Positions 12,272 through 25,198 of a stretch of 64,000 nucleotides of DNA are shown here, one piece after another. This DNA comes from Vermamoeba vermiformis. Its lineage: Eukaryota. Numbering within the stretch: position 1 is the stretch's first letter; each line of letters opens with the position of its first letter. Made by a program: the position numbers and the translations under genes. Where the stretch lies: NCBI GenBank assembly GCA_045837725.1, contig JBEWZL010000235.1, positions 186,001 through 250,000 of the forward strand, in the 5' to 3' direction. The notes beneath the pieces are model-generated. The model was not told where the DNA came from. It saw only the letters and a program-made list of their open reading frames with translations, and ran no database searches.

Positions 12272-13167
12272 ATGCAAATCTTCTTTCCATTCGCGTGTGC
12301 GCTGACGTCCTTGCGTTGTCTCGACAGCAAACGTCTAGGCAAACAACGCCTCGAGGGTAAGAAAACTATGTAAACGTCTCAAATACACCACATCGCATTA
12401 CTAGCATATTGTGGGTGCAGTAGTCGATAATAATCAATTTCTTGGCAAGTCAATTAATGCTGAGAATTTCTTCGAACTACAGCCTTTCAAGTCTGGACCA
12501 TTGTCAGTGGCAAGGAGCCCAACAGCAAGTGGAGACATCACCCTATTATCAAGATGTGGAGCGGCTACGAAGGTACGTGCGCTGGAGACGTGTTGCACTG
12601 GTTACTAATCGGATCGCAGTTGCCTTGCGCGACTACATCATCAAGTCCGTCGAGGTGTTTGGTGAGCGCAAGACTAAGGACGGCAAGCGCTTCTTCGACA
12701 ATACGCGCATGTTGCAGTACATTGAGGAGTACGACATGCGTCTCAAGCCTGAGGAGAAGATCGTGTACCCAGACTTCATCGGCAATGCGACCTTCCACGA
12801 CAGTCACAAGGCCATGCTGTATCATAAGGGTCGCGAAGCAGTGCGCGTGATGGCACTCAAGGGTAAGACGATTGACAACGTGTACGAACAGTTTGCCAGC
12901 TACAGCCACATCACGAGCTATTACTGGCCCGTAGAGCTGAAGACTACCAAGGTACAGTATAATATATTTATGTTGTAATTTGTGGCTTACTTGGTGCAGA
13001 TGTTAACCGCAGAACAACCCTCGAAAAATAAATCCGAGAAGAGAAAGCGCGAGGGCGATGAAGAGGCCCCTAAGAGAGCTCGACGCAAGTTGAATAGCGA
13101 CACTATAGTACTAGATAGTGCTGATGTTGTTATGAAGGCCTCTGTTAGTGCACAGCGTGTCAAATAA
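12272..13167 (+). CDS. MSMEG_6728-like / pyrimidine-dimer DNA glycosylase (T4 endonuclease V superfamily) with C-terminal NLS, 4 exons
   Basis: Spliced product: MQIFFPF..LDSKRLGKQRLE|AFQVW..KWRHHPIIKMWSGYE|VALRDY..PDFIGNATFHDSHKAMLYHK..YYWP. This matches the recalled family pattern MQTFLP..LD.KRLGKQR.E..W..HPA..MW.GYE..P.WLG...H.SH..L..K..Y.WP. Confidence 0.8.
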
Positions 13168-13262
13168 CAAATAAAACTCTTGTAATTTTAGCCGCAAATT
13201 GAACACTACGCAACGATTGATACGAGCGATTATTATTAAGCACGATATCACTATAAGACACG

Positions 13263-14142
13263 ATGAACTTTACCGAGAATAAGCGCGAGATTATTGCCAA
13301 GGGCAAGTGGATGACAATGAAAGAAATTCACTACACAGATCCGAAGAACACTGCACGAGTAGGCACTTACAATATTATTATTATTGTTATTATTGCTATC
13401 ATACGATGCAGTGGCTGATAGTTCATATGATCTAGGTGTGGGAAACAATAGAAAGAACGACCAAAGTGGGCGAATACGATGGTACTATGCCGTACATAAT
13501 AATCCATTGATATACTCGTGCTGACTATTATCAGCGGTGGAAATATTTGGGGTCGTGCGCAAACATGGCGAGGGAGATCAGCTCTTATTGGTGCTGCAAT
13601 ATCGTCCTCCAGTAGGAAAACTGGTAATTACATGACATATAGAGGGTATATTAGCGATGGTTGGGCTAATTATGTGCTGCAGACACTTGAACTGCCAGCT
13701 GGTCTGATAGATCAAGGCGAAACACCCGCTGAAGCAGCACTGCGCGAGTTAAAAGAAGAAACGTCAGTAGACTACGGTTGCAATTAATATGACTGACTGA
13801 CGGCGAATATTCAGAGGCTATGTCGGTCAAATCATCAAGATCTCACCGCCCTTGGTCATTGAGCCTGGCCTCACGAATGCTTCCTCTGGTCTCGTGCACG
13901 TGATGGTAGGACAATAGGCACTTGATAAATATACTACTCATCGTATTCGCTAGATTGACGCCGATCAGCCCGCGAATCAGCGGCCCAAACAAGAGCTGGA
14001 CGAGACTGAGTTCATTGAAGTGGTGCGCGTGCCACTCCACAATCTGCTCGCACATCTCACGCACCTCGCCACACAACGGCAGTGCTTGATCGATGCCAAG
14101 CTGTACACCCTTGCGCTGGGTCTGTCGTTCTCGTCGCAGTAA
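13263..14142 (+). CDS. NUDT5: ADP-ribose pyrophosphatase, Nudix hydrolase (NUDT5-like)
   Basis: VWETIERTT, QYRPPVGK and the Nudix box ELPAGLIDQGETPAEAALRELKEET|GY; C-terminal EFIEV and IDAKLY. Confidence 0.85.
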
Positions 14143-14205
14143 AATCGATTGCTTAATTGCCTAATTAGGAAATTATGATTTATGTACACGATCACGTGGC
14201 ACGCT

Positions 14206-15307
14206 TCACTTGCGCGACTTGAACAGTGCTTGACGCGCGAGTTCCAATGCCCCGACGAGTCCGCCATTGTCCCCGTACTGCGAGGGCACGATCAGCTGCT
14301 CAATCTCCTGCACGCGCTTGTGTGCAATGTAGCCGTTGAGCAGCGCGGTGGTGTGGCGACGAATGATGGGGAACAGTGCCTCTCGCTTCATGACTCCGCC
14401 GCCCAACACAATGCGGTGCGGACTGATGGTGAGAATGAGTGTGACGCAGAGCTGTGCGAGGTAGTAGCCGACTTGGTCCCAGATCTCGTGCTCGTCGGGC
14501 AACTCCGCGAGCTGTGCTTGAGTGAGCCCTGCGCGCTTGGCAATGGCCGGGGCCGAGACAAAGCCCTCGAGACAGTGGCCGTGGAAGGGACACACGCCCT
14601 CAAAGCTGTCGTGCGGGCGACGCTGAGGGTAGTAGTGGCCCATCTCGGGATGCAACACACCGTGGACGGGCTGACCATTCGTGACCAGGCCCACTCCGAC
14701 ACCCGTGCCGACCGTGACGTAGGCAGCAGAGATGTGCTCGCCACTGTCCGCACCGTGCACCTCCGCGAGCACGGCAGCATTGACGTCAGTGTCGAACTCT
14801 TTGGGACAGTGGAACTCGTGGAAGGCACCGAGTATGTTGTAGTGCTGGAAGGCGAGCTTGGGCGTGGTGGTGATGTAGCCGTAGGTGGCGCTGTGCTGGT
14901 CCAAGTCGAGCGGTCCGAAGCAGCTGATGCCGAGTGCATCGAATTTGCGTGGTCTGAGCCTGCATGGAATGGGTTAGCATCGCCGAGGAGCGGATGTGTC
15001 ATTCGAAAACTTTCCATTCGAGCACGTGCTGCACCGTGTTCTGATTGGTCTCAAATGTAGTTGATTCGACGATGTTGGACGGCGTTCCTTTGGCAATAGC
15101 TACTTTAAAGGTCGTGCCGCTGTAATGAATAATTAACGCAGATGCAATATTTGTGTTGTGATGGAGGCTCGAACTAGCTGTTGCAAATAATATTATATTT
15201 AAATTGTGTAAGCTCAATAGTATGGCTGGAAATAATAGCAATAATTGATTTGGCTCGATCCACTCTACTTACCCTCCTTCTACTCCGGCGAATATTGGTT
15301 CAGTCAT
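14206..15307 (-). CDS. ROK-family fructokinase (bacterial YdhR/ScrK type)
   Basis: AGVEG|GGTTF, FGPLDLD..TYGYITTTPK, DTDVNAA, YVTVGTGVGVG, HPEMGH, CPFHGHCLEG (Zn site) and IVLGGGVM. Confidence 0.9.
14960..15014 (-). other. Putative non-canonical GA-AG intron (55 nt)
   Basis: The join GAATG|gaaagt...gctaac...tgcag|GCTCAGA restores the frame (VLEWLRPRKFDALGI). Nearby GT donors are in the wrong phase. Confidence 0.6.
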
Positions 15308-15487
15308 CTACCAATTGTATATCAGTATATCTTATATGCGCGAGGGGGTGTTAAGTGCACAAATGCGTACTGACCTCGTGTGTGTTTTAATTCAATTTTA
15401 ATTTAACAACTGCACGCAACAAGCGAGTGATATTCATACAGCACAATAGACTACTGAACGAGGTGAGCTAGGTGCTGGATCTGTACT

Positions 15488-18226
15488 ATGTTTAAAAAGA
15501 AAGAGAAGCCAGCGGAGGTGAAGAAGGATCTCTCCACTTCGCACTCGCGCAAAGATTCATCCAAGTCAGACCGCGAGGACGAGGACTCTGCTCAATTAGA
15601 CAAATTAGACGATAAAAAATCAGATTCACTCCCACCCAAGAAAGACAGCGGCATTAAAGATGAGTCAAATAGTAACGGCAGTAAATCTGCTGATCTATCA
15701 GACTCCTACAAGAAGCGAGAAGAGCGCAAGCGACAAAACAGTATAGACCAAGACATCACGACGAGTGGCGATGTAATTATTAGAATAGACAGTGCCCGCA
15801 GCGTCAAAGACAAGAAAAAGAGTTCAAAGAGCAGCGAAGATCACGCCACCAGCAAATCATCCTCGCGCAGCTTATTAAGGGTTGAAGAGCCTATTGTACA
15901 TATTCATCGCGATAACGAGGAGAAAATTGAAGCAGCAAGTGAATTAACAGAACTCGATAATTATCCGTTAGATCAGGACGACAATATTAAATTGGATGCA
16001 GCGTACAATAATTTCTCGAGCGATTTCATCAAAGCAGTCAACAAATTGCACGACATAAGTCGCAATGCAAATGGACAGATTATGCCTCCCGAAATTGTTT
16101 TAATTGGACCAACGTCGCATGGCAAATCTGCTCTTCTTGAAGCTTTGATAGGTACGTAACAGTGCATAAATAACTACACAACACAATTCAATTTTATGCG
16201 TGTACGTGAGAAGCGAATTTGATTCGTGTTCGCTGTTCCCACACAACAATTTTGTACTTTTGCCAAATAAGGCAATGACACGCCACTGATTGCGCGGTGA
16301 ATCACACGAACTGACACGCACCACTAGGTCAACAGTTCAATGCACTCGGACTCGGCGCAGTCACCAAGCGACCACTGCTGCTACAACTGCACCACGCCGC
16401 GAACAGTGCCGTGCAGTGGACCCTCAAGCGCGACACCCTCACACCTGGCGGGGCTGACCGTGTCGTGGACTGCAAGGAGCTCGCGGCGGAGATTGCCAAG
16501 CGCAGCAGCAAGTACAGCAAGACACCGATTGTGGTGCGCGTGGAGGGCAGTGCGGTGCTGAACATGCACTGGATCGACACCCCTGGCGTGCCGGCAGAAG
16601 AGAGTGCCGAGTACGAACAAGTGGTGGCGGTGGTGAGTGAGGTCACACGACCCCTGCACCGCATCATTGTGTGCGTGGAAGAGCTGCCGCACAGTGACTG
16701 GACGCAGCTGAAGATGCACAAGCTGATGAAGCAGCTCGATCCTGAACACGCGCGCACTGTGTTTGTATTCACGCGCATGCACTCGATACTGCGCGAGTAC
16801 ACCGCACTGCAGGACATCAACAAGCACTTGAATGCAGTGCCAGGTGACATCAAGCCCTGGTTGGTGTCGCTGCCTGCCACCAAGACGCGTCAATCACTCG
16901 CTGACACCACTGCCTATCGCAAGCGACTAGTGCAGGCAGCCAAGCGTGATGCGCGCACACTGGAGCAGCTGCACGGTGACAGGAAGTGGGAGACACAGCT
17001 CGGTGCCATCAACTTGCGCATGCACCTCAACGAGCGCGTGGTGCGCAGATACCGCGACCTCGTGCCTGAAGTGACCTCGCAGCTCAAACACACGCAGAGC
17101 GAGCACGACACGGCCCTCGCAGCACTCAAGAACAATCTGAGCTCACTGTCGCACGCCAAGCTGCGCACAGCCTCGCAGAACTACGTGGTAGAACTCGTGC
17201 ACGCGCTGGACAAGCTCGTGTCCGGCACGTCTGAGGCCCACGCGGCAGTGAATGGCCAGACACTGAGCGAAGAGAAGAGTGCGCAGGGTAATTTCGAGTG
17301 GAGCGACAACTTCAACAAGAAGATTCGCGTCGCTGAGCCCGACAAGTGGATCCCCTTCGCGAACAACAAGATCTACGGCGGACAACAGTTTGAACGGCTG
17401 CTCGCCGAGTTCAAGGTAAGTGCGCTGCAGGTAGCGCGGCCCCTCGTACTCACAACAATGCTACCATTAGGCGGTGTGCGACAGTGTAGAGCTGCCGAGT
17501 CCTTCGAGCGACGACATTGCGACCTCCGTGGGCACCAACAAGGTGAACAACGCGCCCAATCTCATCTGGGTGGCTGCAGACTACGCGCAACATCAGTCGA
17601 GTGAGCTGTTGAAGCCTCTGATCGATCAGCTGCTCAAGCGCGCCGTGTTCATCTTGCGTCGATTCGTGGAGGTGGCCGAGCGACTGGTGCTGAACGAGCA
17701 CAAGAAGAAGCAGCGCGCGGAGCTCGAGAACATGGAGCACTATCCCTACTTCACCAACTACACGCGCGACAACTACTACAAGTTCATCGATCGTCAGGCC
17801 AAGCAGTGTCGCGACAAGTGTCTGGACGAGTTCTACAGCACGCGCACCATCTACTGGGAGGTGTTGGACTACGCCACGGACAAGCTCAAAGCGGAGCCCA
17901 AGGCAGATGAGCTCAAAGCTGCCACCAAGCTCGCGAATGATGTCTTGAAGGTGGTGTTGACGCGCATCTCGAAGAACTTGCTGCTCAAGTGCTATCAGTG
18001 CTTGTTGGAGCCGTTGCAGACTGCACTGCTCGCCGATCTGCAGCACCAACTGCACGCCATGCGCGAGGAGGACATTGATCAACTGTTTCAACTCACTGCT
18101 GTTAAAGAGCGACTCAAGAGCGAAGAACATACGCACGAGAAAGCAATGGATGCGTGCGGAGAGTGGATGCGACAACTGATAGCAGTGAGTGAGCAGTTGA
18201 GTGCCTCGCTGAAACAAGACAAATAA
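15488..18226 (+). CDS. Dynamin-like protein, DRP5/Dlp (DlpA-C) type
   Basis: PEIVLIGPTSHGKSALLEALIG, VTKRPL, IDTPG and IYGGQQFERLLAEFK; charged low-complexity N-terminus; 3 exons. Confidence 0.85.
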
Positions 18227-18427
18227 TTGTAACATCATCGTAAATACTATATAATAAAACTGTACTATTGTTGATTGTCTTAGTCTCCGCACCGGTGCAT
18301 GACGATTGCACAGAAATCTCGCGTGTAATCTCCACTGCGTAAGATTATGTTCGACGAGCGCACAGATTTTATTAGCAGCAATACACAACCTCAAACAAAC
18401 AGTTATATAAGCATGGGCAGAGAATAA

Positions 18428-21400
18428 ATGACAACAGCCTATTGGGAGGGACAGATCAAGAGCTTAGAGGCTCAACTAAAAACTCTAAAAGAGAGGTTAG
18501 AAGAAGAAAAAGAACAGAAGAACGAGCTCGCACAGAACTTGCGCAACAAACAGAAAGAGGCGCGTGATGTTGAATACGAACTGCAGCGACAGAAAAGAGC
18601 GCAAGAGCAGTTGAAGGATCAGATTGAAAAATTCAAAAAGCAAAGTAAGTAATTTCAGTTCTATTTGCATCATATAGAGCCTAAAAATCGCTCGGGTTGA
18701 ATAAAATATTTGAAAAATTCGAATTTAAATTTTAGTTCGGAATTTCCTCTGTCGGTTCAAAGATATTTTTTTTGCGCATATTAACAATACCGAGCGATTT
18801 TAACGATTCAGGCGATTATATAAAACCTCAAGTTTATAAGTTTAACTTGGTACACAACTAATTGTTCCTCTCGAAATTCACAGTCATACAACTCGAGGCG
18901 GAGAATGACAGCAAAGAGGAGGACAAAGCGCGGCTGGACAAGGACAAAAAGACACTCGGCGACAAGGTGCGCAGCTTGGAGTCACAGCTCGCTGACTGGA
19001 CCGCGCGCTGCACCACCCTCGAGCGACGCCTGACACACGCCCTCGATGAGCTGCAGAGTCTCTCACACCGCGGGACAAGTGCAGGAGTGGCGGAGGAGAG
19101 CAGCGAGAGTCACGAACTGCGCGCTGAACTGCTGCGTGAGCGCGACAAGTGCAGCAGTTACGAGGTCAAGCTGCAGGTACTCGAAGACAAGCTCAAAAAG
19201 TTGCGCGAGGAGCAGAGCAGCAATGGTACGACGATTGACACGTGATTGGCGTGCTATTTTTAGCCGTTGAACTGACACGTGACAGGTACTGGCAATCACG
19301 AAGAGGTGAATGGCACGCGTCACAAGCAGGTCGAACAAGTGCAGCACGGTGTGGCACGCATCGAGCGACAATTGAATCTCGAGCGCGAGGCACGCGGCAG
19401 TGTGGAGCGTGAGCTGAAAGAACTCGAGCGCGAGATGAACAAACTGCGCGTCAGTCACGACAAGCAAGAGCGCGAGGTGCAGCGATTGACCTACGAGAAC
19501 GAGAGCTTGAAGGTCAGGTTGGAGCGCGAGACCAAGCGTCAACGGCTCGCAGTCGAGGGTACGTCACGTGACGGGAGATTTCAAGTGCTGAACTGATGAC
19601 GCGCGTGACAGGTCTAGCGAGCACACACAGCGAGACAGAGCTCAAACTGCGCCAAATTGAGCGCGAGAATGACAAACTGACGCGCAACATTGATCAGCTG
19701 AAGCGCGAGCACGAGAGTCACGTGCAACAGAGTGCGCGACGTGTGAGTGAACTGCAAGAGACGATTGCACAGCTGGAGAGCAGCAACAAACAGCTCACAC
19801 ACAAGGCTGCTGCACTCTACGCTGAGCTGCATCAAGACGAGAATGCGTGAGTACCGTACATACCTGTGTGTTTGTACAACAGCTCGATTGACCCTCGTGC
19901 TAGGGCCCAGAGTGCGCTAGAGCTCGAGCGACAACTCCTCGCTGAACAGCAACAAGCGCGCGATTCAGAGCACGAGCGCCAGTTGAACACTGAGCGTGCA
20001 CGCGTGCAGTTGATGGAAGAACAGCTGCGCGAACAAGTGGCGCTGAATCAACGGCAGCAGAGTGACAGTCGCCGCGAGATTGCAGCACTGCTCGCGGAAC
20101 AGGAGCAGAAGCAGCACAGCTTGACACAGCTGCAGCAGAGTGTGGAGGCCGAGCAGAAGCGGCGCACAGAGCTGCAACACCAACTGACGCAACAGCTGCA
20201 CGAGGAACAGGCGCGCAGAGTGGAGGAGAAGAAGCGCTTGGAGGCACAGCTGGAGCACGAGATTGAGAAGCGCAAGGCTGTGGAGCGATCAGTGGAGAGT
20301 CAAGAGCGCGCACAACTCGCGCACAGTCACGAGATTGAAGCGCAACAGCAACAGCGGCTGTTGGAGGAGCAGGCCAATCAGCAGCGCATTGAACAGCTCA
20401 GCAGTGAACTGCGCACCGTGCAGCAACAGCTCCAACAAGCACAGCAGCTCCAACAAGAGAGCGCACTCAAGTTCAAGAGCTACACGAGTGAGGTCGAGAC
20501 ACTCAAAGCACAGCTCAAGACCGCACAGGGCGAGTGTGAGCGCGTGCGTGAGGAACTAGAGCGAGCACGCAAAGAGAGCGAGGCCCACAAGCGCGATGTG
20601 GCGGTGAAAGAATTGGCGCTGAAGCAAGAGATTGAACAGCTGAGCTTGGAGAAGAAGAGCTTGCTGGAGCGATTGGCACCCATGCAAGCGAGCACGGATT
20701 CGAGCAGCACCGAGCTGTTGCAGGCCAAGCAAGAGGCCGAGAAGAGTTCGCAACAGCTCGAACAGACCAAGGCACGCCTCGCACTCGCACTGCAAGAGAT
20801 CACGCAGCTGCAGAGCGAACACAGCGCGCAACAAGGCAAGAACGAGCAGCACGTGGAGTCACTCAAGAGCGAGATCACGCGCCTGCAAGCTGAGAGTGCG
20901 CGTGTGGAGCAATTGACGCGTGAGCTGGAGAGCTTGCAAGTGGAGCACAAGAAGCTGCAGGGCACGCACGACCTCGTGGCCCAGCTGCAGAGTGAAGTGA
21001 AGCGCTTGCACCAGCAACAACAGCAGAGCAGCGCAGAGCACAGCAAGACACAGCTCGAGCTCACCAAGCAGCTCGATCAGCTCAAGCTCGAGAACAAGCA
21101 GCTGTTGCAGACCAATCAGGAGCTGGAGCGCGTGCGTGTCGAGCATCAAAAGCTGAGTGTCACCGTGCAAGAGCTCGAACTCACCGCACAGCGCCTGCAA
21201 TCAACTTCGCAGCAGCTCGACGAGTGCAACAAACAGCTGCAGACCGTGCAAGGACAGCTGCACAGTACGCAGGAGCAGCTGCAGCACAGCGAGAGCAAAG
21301 TGTTGCAACTGCAGCGCGAGAATGCCGAACTGCACGCGAACAAGAATGTGTTGGACGAGACCAAGCTGGCACTGCACCAGTCACAGCAGCAAGTGGCACA

Positions 21401-24027
21401 GTTGAGTGCACAGCTCAGCGAAGCAGGACAGAAACACGCGCACGAGTCTGAAGAGTTGACGCGCTCCAAGTCACAGCTCGTGGAAGAGAAGGGGGCGCTG
21501 GACAAGTTGCGCGCTGAACACGAGCGCGTGCAAGAGGAGTACCGCGCACGAGTGGAGGCACTGAACGGTGAACTGCAGGGCTTGAAACAGACGCAGAGTG
21601 AGCGCGATGCACTGATTGCACAGCTGCAGCACGACCTGAGTGCAGCACAGCACAGCGCACACCAGCACACACAACTGCAAGCGGAACTGACGCAGCTGCA
21701 GACCAGTCACCAAACACTGCAGAGCGAGGCACAACAGCTGCGCGACAAGGTGCAGTTGAGTGCCGCGAGTGAGTCCCAACAGCTCGCACAGCTCAATGCG
21801 CAAGTCACACAGCTGAGCAGCGAGCTGCAGTCACGCGACGAGCAGCTGAAGAGCGAGCAGCACGCCAAGTCACAGCTGAACACACAGCTAGAACTGCTCA
21901 TCCAAGAGAGCAGCAAACAACTCGCTGCTGCTGAGGGCGATGTCAAGACTGCACGCGATGAATTGACCGCTGCACGCACTGACCTGCAACAGCTGCACGA
22001 CACACTGAACGGAGTGCGTGCTGAATTGAGTGCCGCACTCGCCGAGGCCAACACGATGCGCGCGGAGAAGCAGACCGCGCACGAGGAGCTGACGAGAGTG
22101 CACGAGGAGCTGAGCAAGACACGCGAGTCCGCGAGTGAGCTGACAGCGCGCAACGAACGATTGGAGAGCAAAGAGCGCGAGCTGACGAGCACGCTGAGCG
22201 AGGTGACCAAGAAGAACGAAGAGCTGATCAAGAAACTGTTCGAGATGAGTGAGATCGGCACGCAGGGCACACTGCTCGGAGTGGCAGCCACGGACAAGAA
22301 GAACACTGCCGAGCAAGAGGTGCTCGATGAGCTGCACAAAGAGAACGAGAAGCTCAAGAAGAAGCTCGAGAAGCGCAGCAGTCGTCGCAACAGCTTGCGG
22401 TCCCTGAAGCGCATGTTCAGCAAGGACAAGATGACCGTTGAGCCCGTGCCCGAGGACCAAGCCGTGACGCCAGCGATTGAAGACACGACCTCCACCGATG
22501 AGATGTCGGAGCTCAAGAACGAGCTCAAGAGTCGCAACAAGCGGCTGATGGACTTCAAGCTCAAGTTGAAGCAGTGCGAGGCACAGCGTGATCGTCTGAC
22601 GCGCAAGAGCGAGTACTTGGACAAGGAGCTCAAGGGCAACGAGGGCTATCAAGCAGCCGTCAAGAAGTTCAGCACCCTGGTCCGCTCGCGCTCCAGACCC
22701 AGCAGTCTCGAAGTGGATCGCAAGACCTGGGCTGCAGTCAAGATTCAAGCGCTGTACCGTGGCTGGGCGCAGCGTCGTGTCTACAAGGAGATCAGTACGT
22801 ACTAGCACCTATATGTATATACACACCGGTCACTAGGCACTAACACCGCTGCAGAGACCCGCACGAGCATAGTGCGCGAGATTATGGACACGGAGGCGAG
22901 CTACGTCAAGGGCCTCGCATTCATCATCGACTACTTTGTGCTGCCCCTGCGTCTGTTGAGCGAGACTGAAGAGCCCGTGCTGACCAAAGAGGAGATCGAT
23001 GAGCTGTTCGGCAATGTGGAGGAGATTCGCGAGAAGAATGCCACGCTGTTGCGCAGATTGGAGGAGCGCATGACTGCTTGGAACGTGGACTCGACCATTG
23101 GCGATGTGTTCGTGCAATTGGTAAGTATTTAATAGATAATATATAATGGATACAATTCGAGCCGTTCTAACACCTCCCCAGCTGCACAATCAGTTCTTTG
23201 CCCCGCACACGCCGTACATTCAGAACTACAAGCACGTGCCCGAATTGAAGCTCAAGCTCGTCAACTCCAAGCCCGTGTTCGCGACCTTCCTCAAGTTCTT
23301 GAAGCTGATTCCCGTGCTCGAGGGCAAGACACTCGACGACTACCTCATCATTCCCGTGCAGCGCATCCCTCGCTACATCCTGCTGCTGACCGATCTCATG
23401 AAGCACACCACTGTCACGCACAGCGATTACAAGTCCGTGCAGAAAGCATTGCTCGGATTTCAAGAGCTGGCACTCTTCATCAACGAGAACCAGCGCCGTG
23501 CAGACAACATCACCGCACTCACTGAACGATTGCAGGGCTATGATGTACGTCATTAATATTAACTAGTTAAGCTGCCAGTACTAACCACTCCTAATCAGAA
23601 ATTGCCCGTCAATCCCGAGCGCGAATTGTTCCACGAGGGCAAGTTGCAGCAGCTCGTCAAAGACAACAAAGTCGAGCGCTTTGCCTTCCTGTTCAGCGAC
23701 TGTCTCGTGTTTGCCAAGCTCGCCAAGAAGCGACGCAGCACTGGGGCCTCGCTCAAAGCCGGATCCATGTCGCCCAAGACCGATGCCAAGGCACTGATCA
23801 TGTACAAGGTGTCGCACGTGATCATGCTCAACAAGCAGATGAAGTTCGAGGCCAAAGGTGACGTGGCCTTCTCGGTCAATGTCGATGGCAGTCAGAACTT
23901 CTTTGCCGCCGCCAACAAAGAGGAGCGCAAGACGTGGGAGGATCGCATCACGCAAGCACTGGCGCGTCTGCCTGCACTCAAGATGAAGCGACAGTCCACT
24001 GGCAGCAAGAGCTCCATTCACCAGTAA
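18428..24027 (+). CDS. Giant coiled-coil protein with IQ motif, RhoGEF (DH) and PH domains
   Basis: More than 1000 aa of Q/E/L heptads, then IQALYRGWAQRR, a DH domain (EIMDTEASYVKGL, LIIPVQRIPRYILLL) and a PH domain (FAFLFSDCLVF...ERKTWEDRI). Confidence 0.85.
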
Positions 24028-24148
24028 CGTTGTACACTAGCTCGATACACCTCTCTTGTATATACTTTCAACTACAGTCACATTAAAATCAGTGTGGATA
24101 TCGAGATCTAGTGTTGAATAGTTTATTATTGCGGATCCAATGGGCTGT

Positions 24149-25198
24149 TTATTTCTTCTCGTCATCCTCATCCTCTTCGTCTTCATCAACATCCTCATTC
24201 GCCTCTTCACCTTCACGGCCCACATAGCTCTCATCGCCAATATTCACTGAAATGCGATCGCCGCTCTCGATGAACACGGGCACTTTGATCTTGCGACCGT
24301 TGGACAGGGTGGCTAGTTTGTGACGAGCCTTGGCATTGTCGCCCTTAGTCCATGGAGGAGTGTCGGTGACTGTAACAGCTGCTGTTTGCGTCACCCATCG
24401 AATGCTCAGTGGTGCGTCTTCAAAGCTGCGGATCTGCGCTTCAAAACCCTCTGCGCCGTGTGAATGAGTACTCAGGTGCATATAACACGTCCTACAAACC
24501 TTTAATATAGTGCTGAGCGACACCAATGAAATCAGCAGTCAATTCAACAGTCTCCAAAGTCTCGGTGTCAGTGAACTCAAACTTGTCGCCAGATCTGCCC
24601 ACGTATTTCAATTGCTTCGTGTCCATGTCGGCGACTGTGCAAATGTAAGTCAATATGAAATGTGTACACTGCTGTAACATACTCTCGAGAACCTCAGAGG
24701 TTCTGAATCGCTCTACGACCTTGCTGCCTGTCTTCAGATCCTTCAACTCTGCCTGCAATCAAATCAGTACCGATAAGGATTCGGCGTGATTGAAAATTAT
24801 TATTACATGCATATAGGCAGCTCTCATGCCAGTGCGGTGATGTTGAGCCTTTGTTACTTCCAATAGACGACCTAGATCCCGATCAGATCCATTATTTTGA
24901 TTAAAAACAAATAAATTTATTCGAATATTTTCAATATTATTAATAAATTATCCATAAATCTCTGGTGCGTGGTAGTCCCAATTATTGTGTAGAAACAATT
25001 TTTACCTTTCGCATCTACGTGCACCATTCCGACACGCAAATCATTGACAGGAATTTTGCTGTATTCCCTAAAAAATATGCCAGTATTTGTTTGTGTTTTT
25101 TTCTCGACATTGCGGTGGGTGGATCCAAACAGACTTCCAGATCTGCTCGAAGTTCGCAAGACACTGCTCTTGCTCAGCGTAACAAATAATCGTTGCAT
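24149..25198 (-). CDS. efp: Organelle (mitochondrion)-targeted elongation factor P, 5 exons
   Basis: Presequence; NDLRVGM, AELKDLKTGSKVVERFRTSE, FTDTETLE and KLATLSNGRKIKVPVFIESGDRISVN (EF-P C-terminal signature); acidic tail. Confidence 0.88.

Noticed and set aside
2811-22808. Many long antisense or alternate-frame ORFs (e.g. 2811-4064, 4185-5132, 14182-15060, 21707-22639)
   Set aside because: They are shadows of real genes caused by codon bias and repeats, and carry no recognisable motifs.
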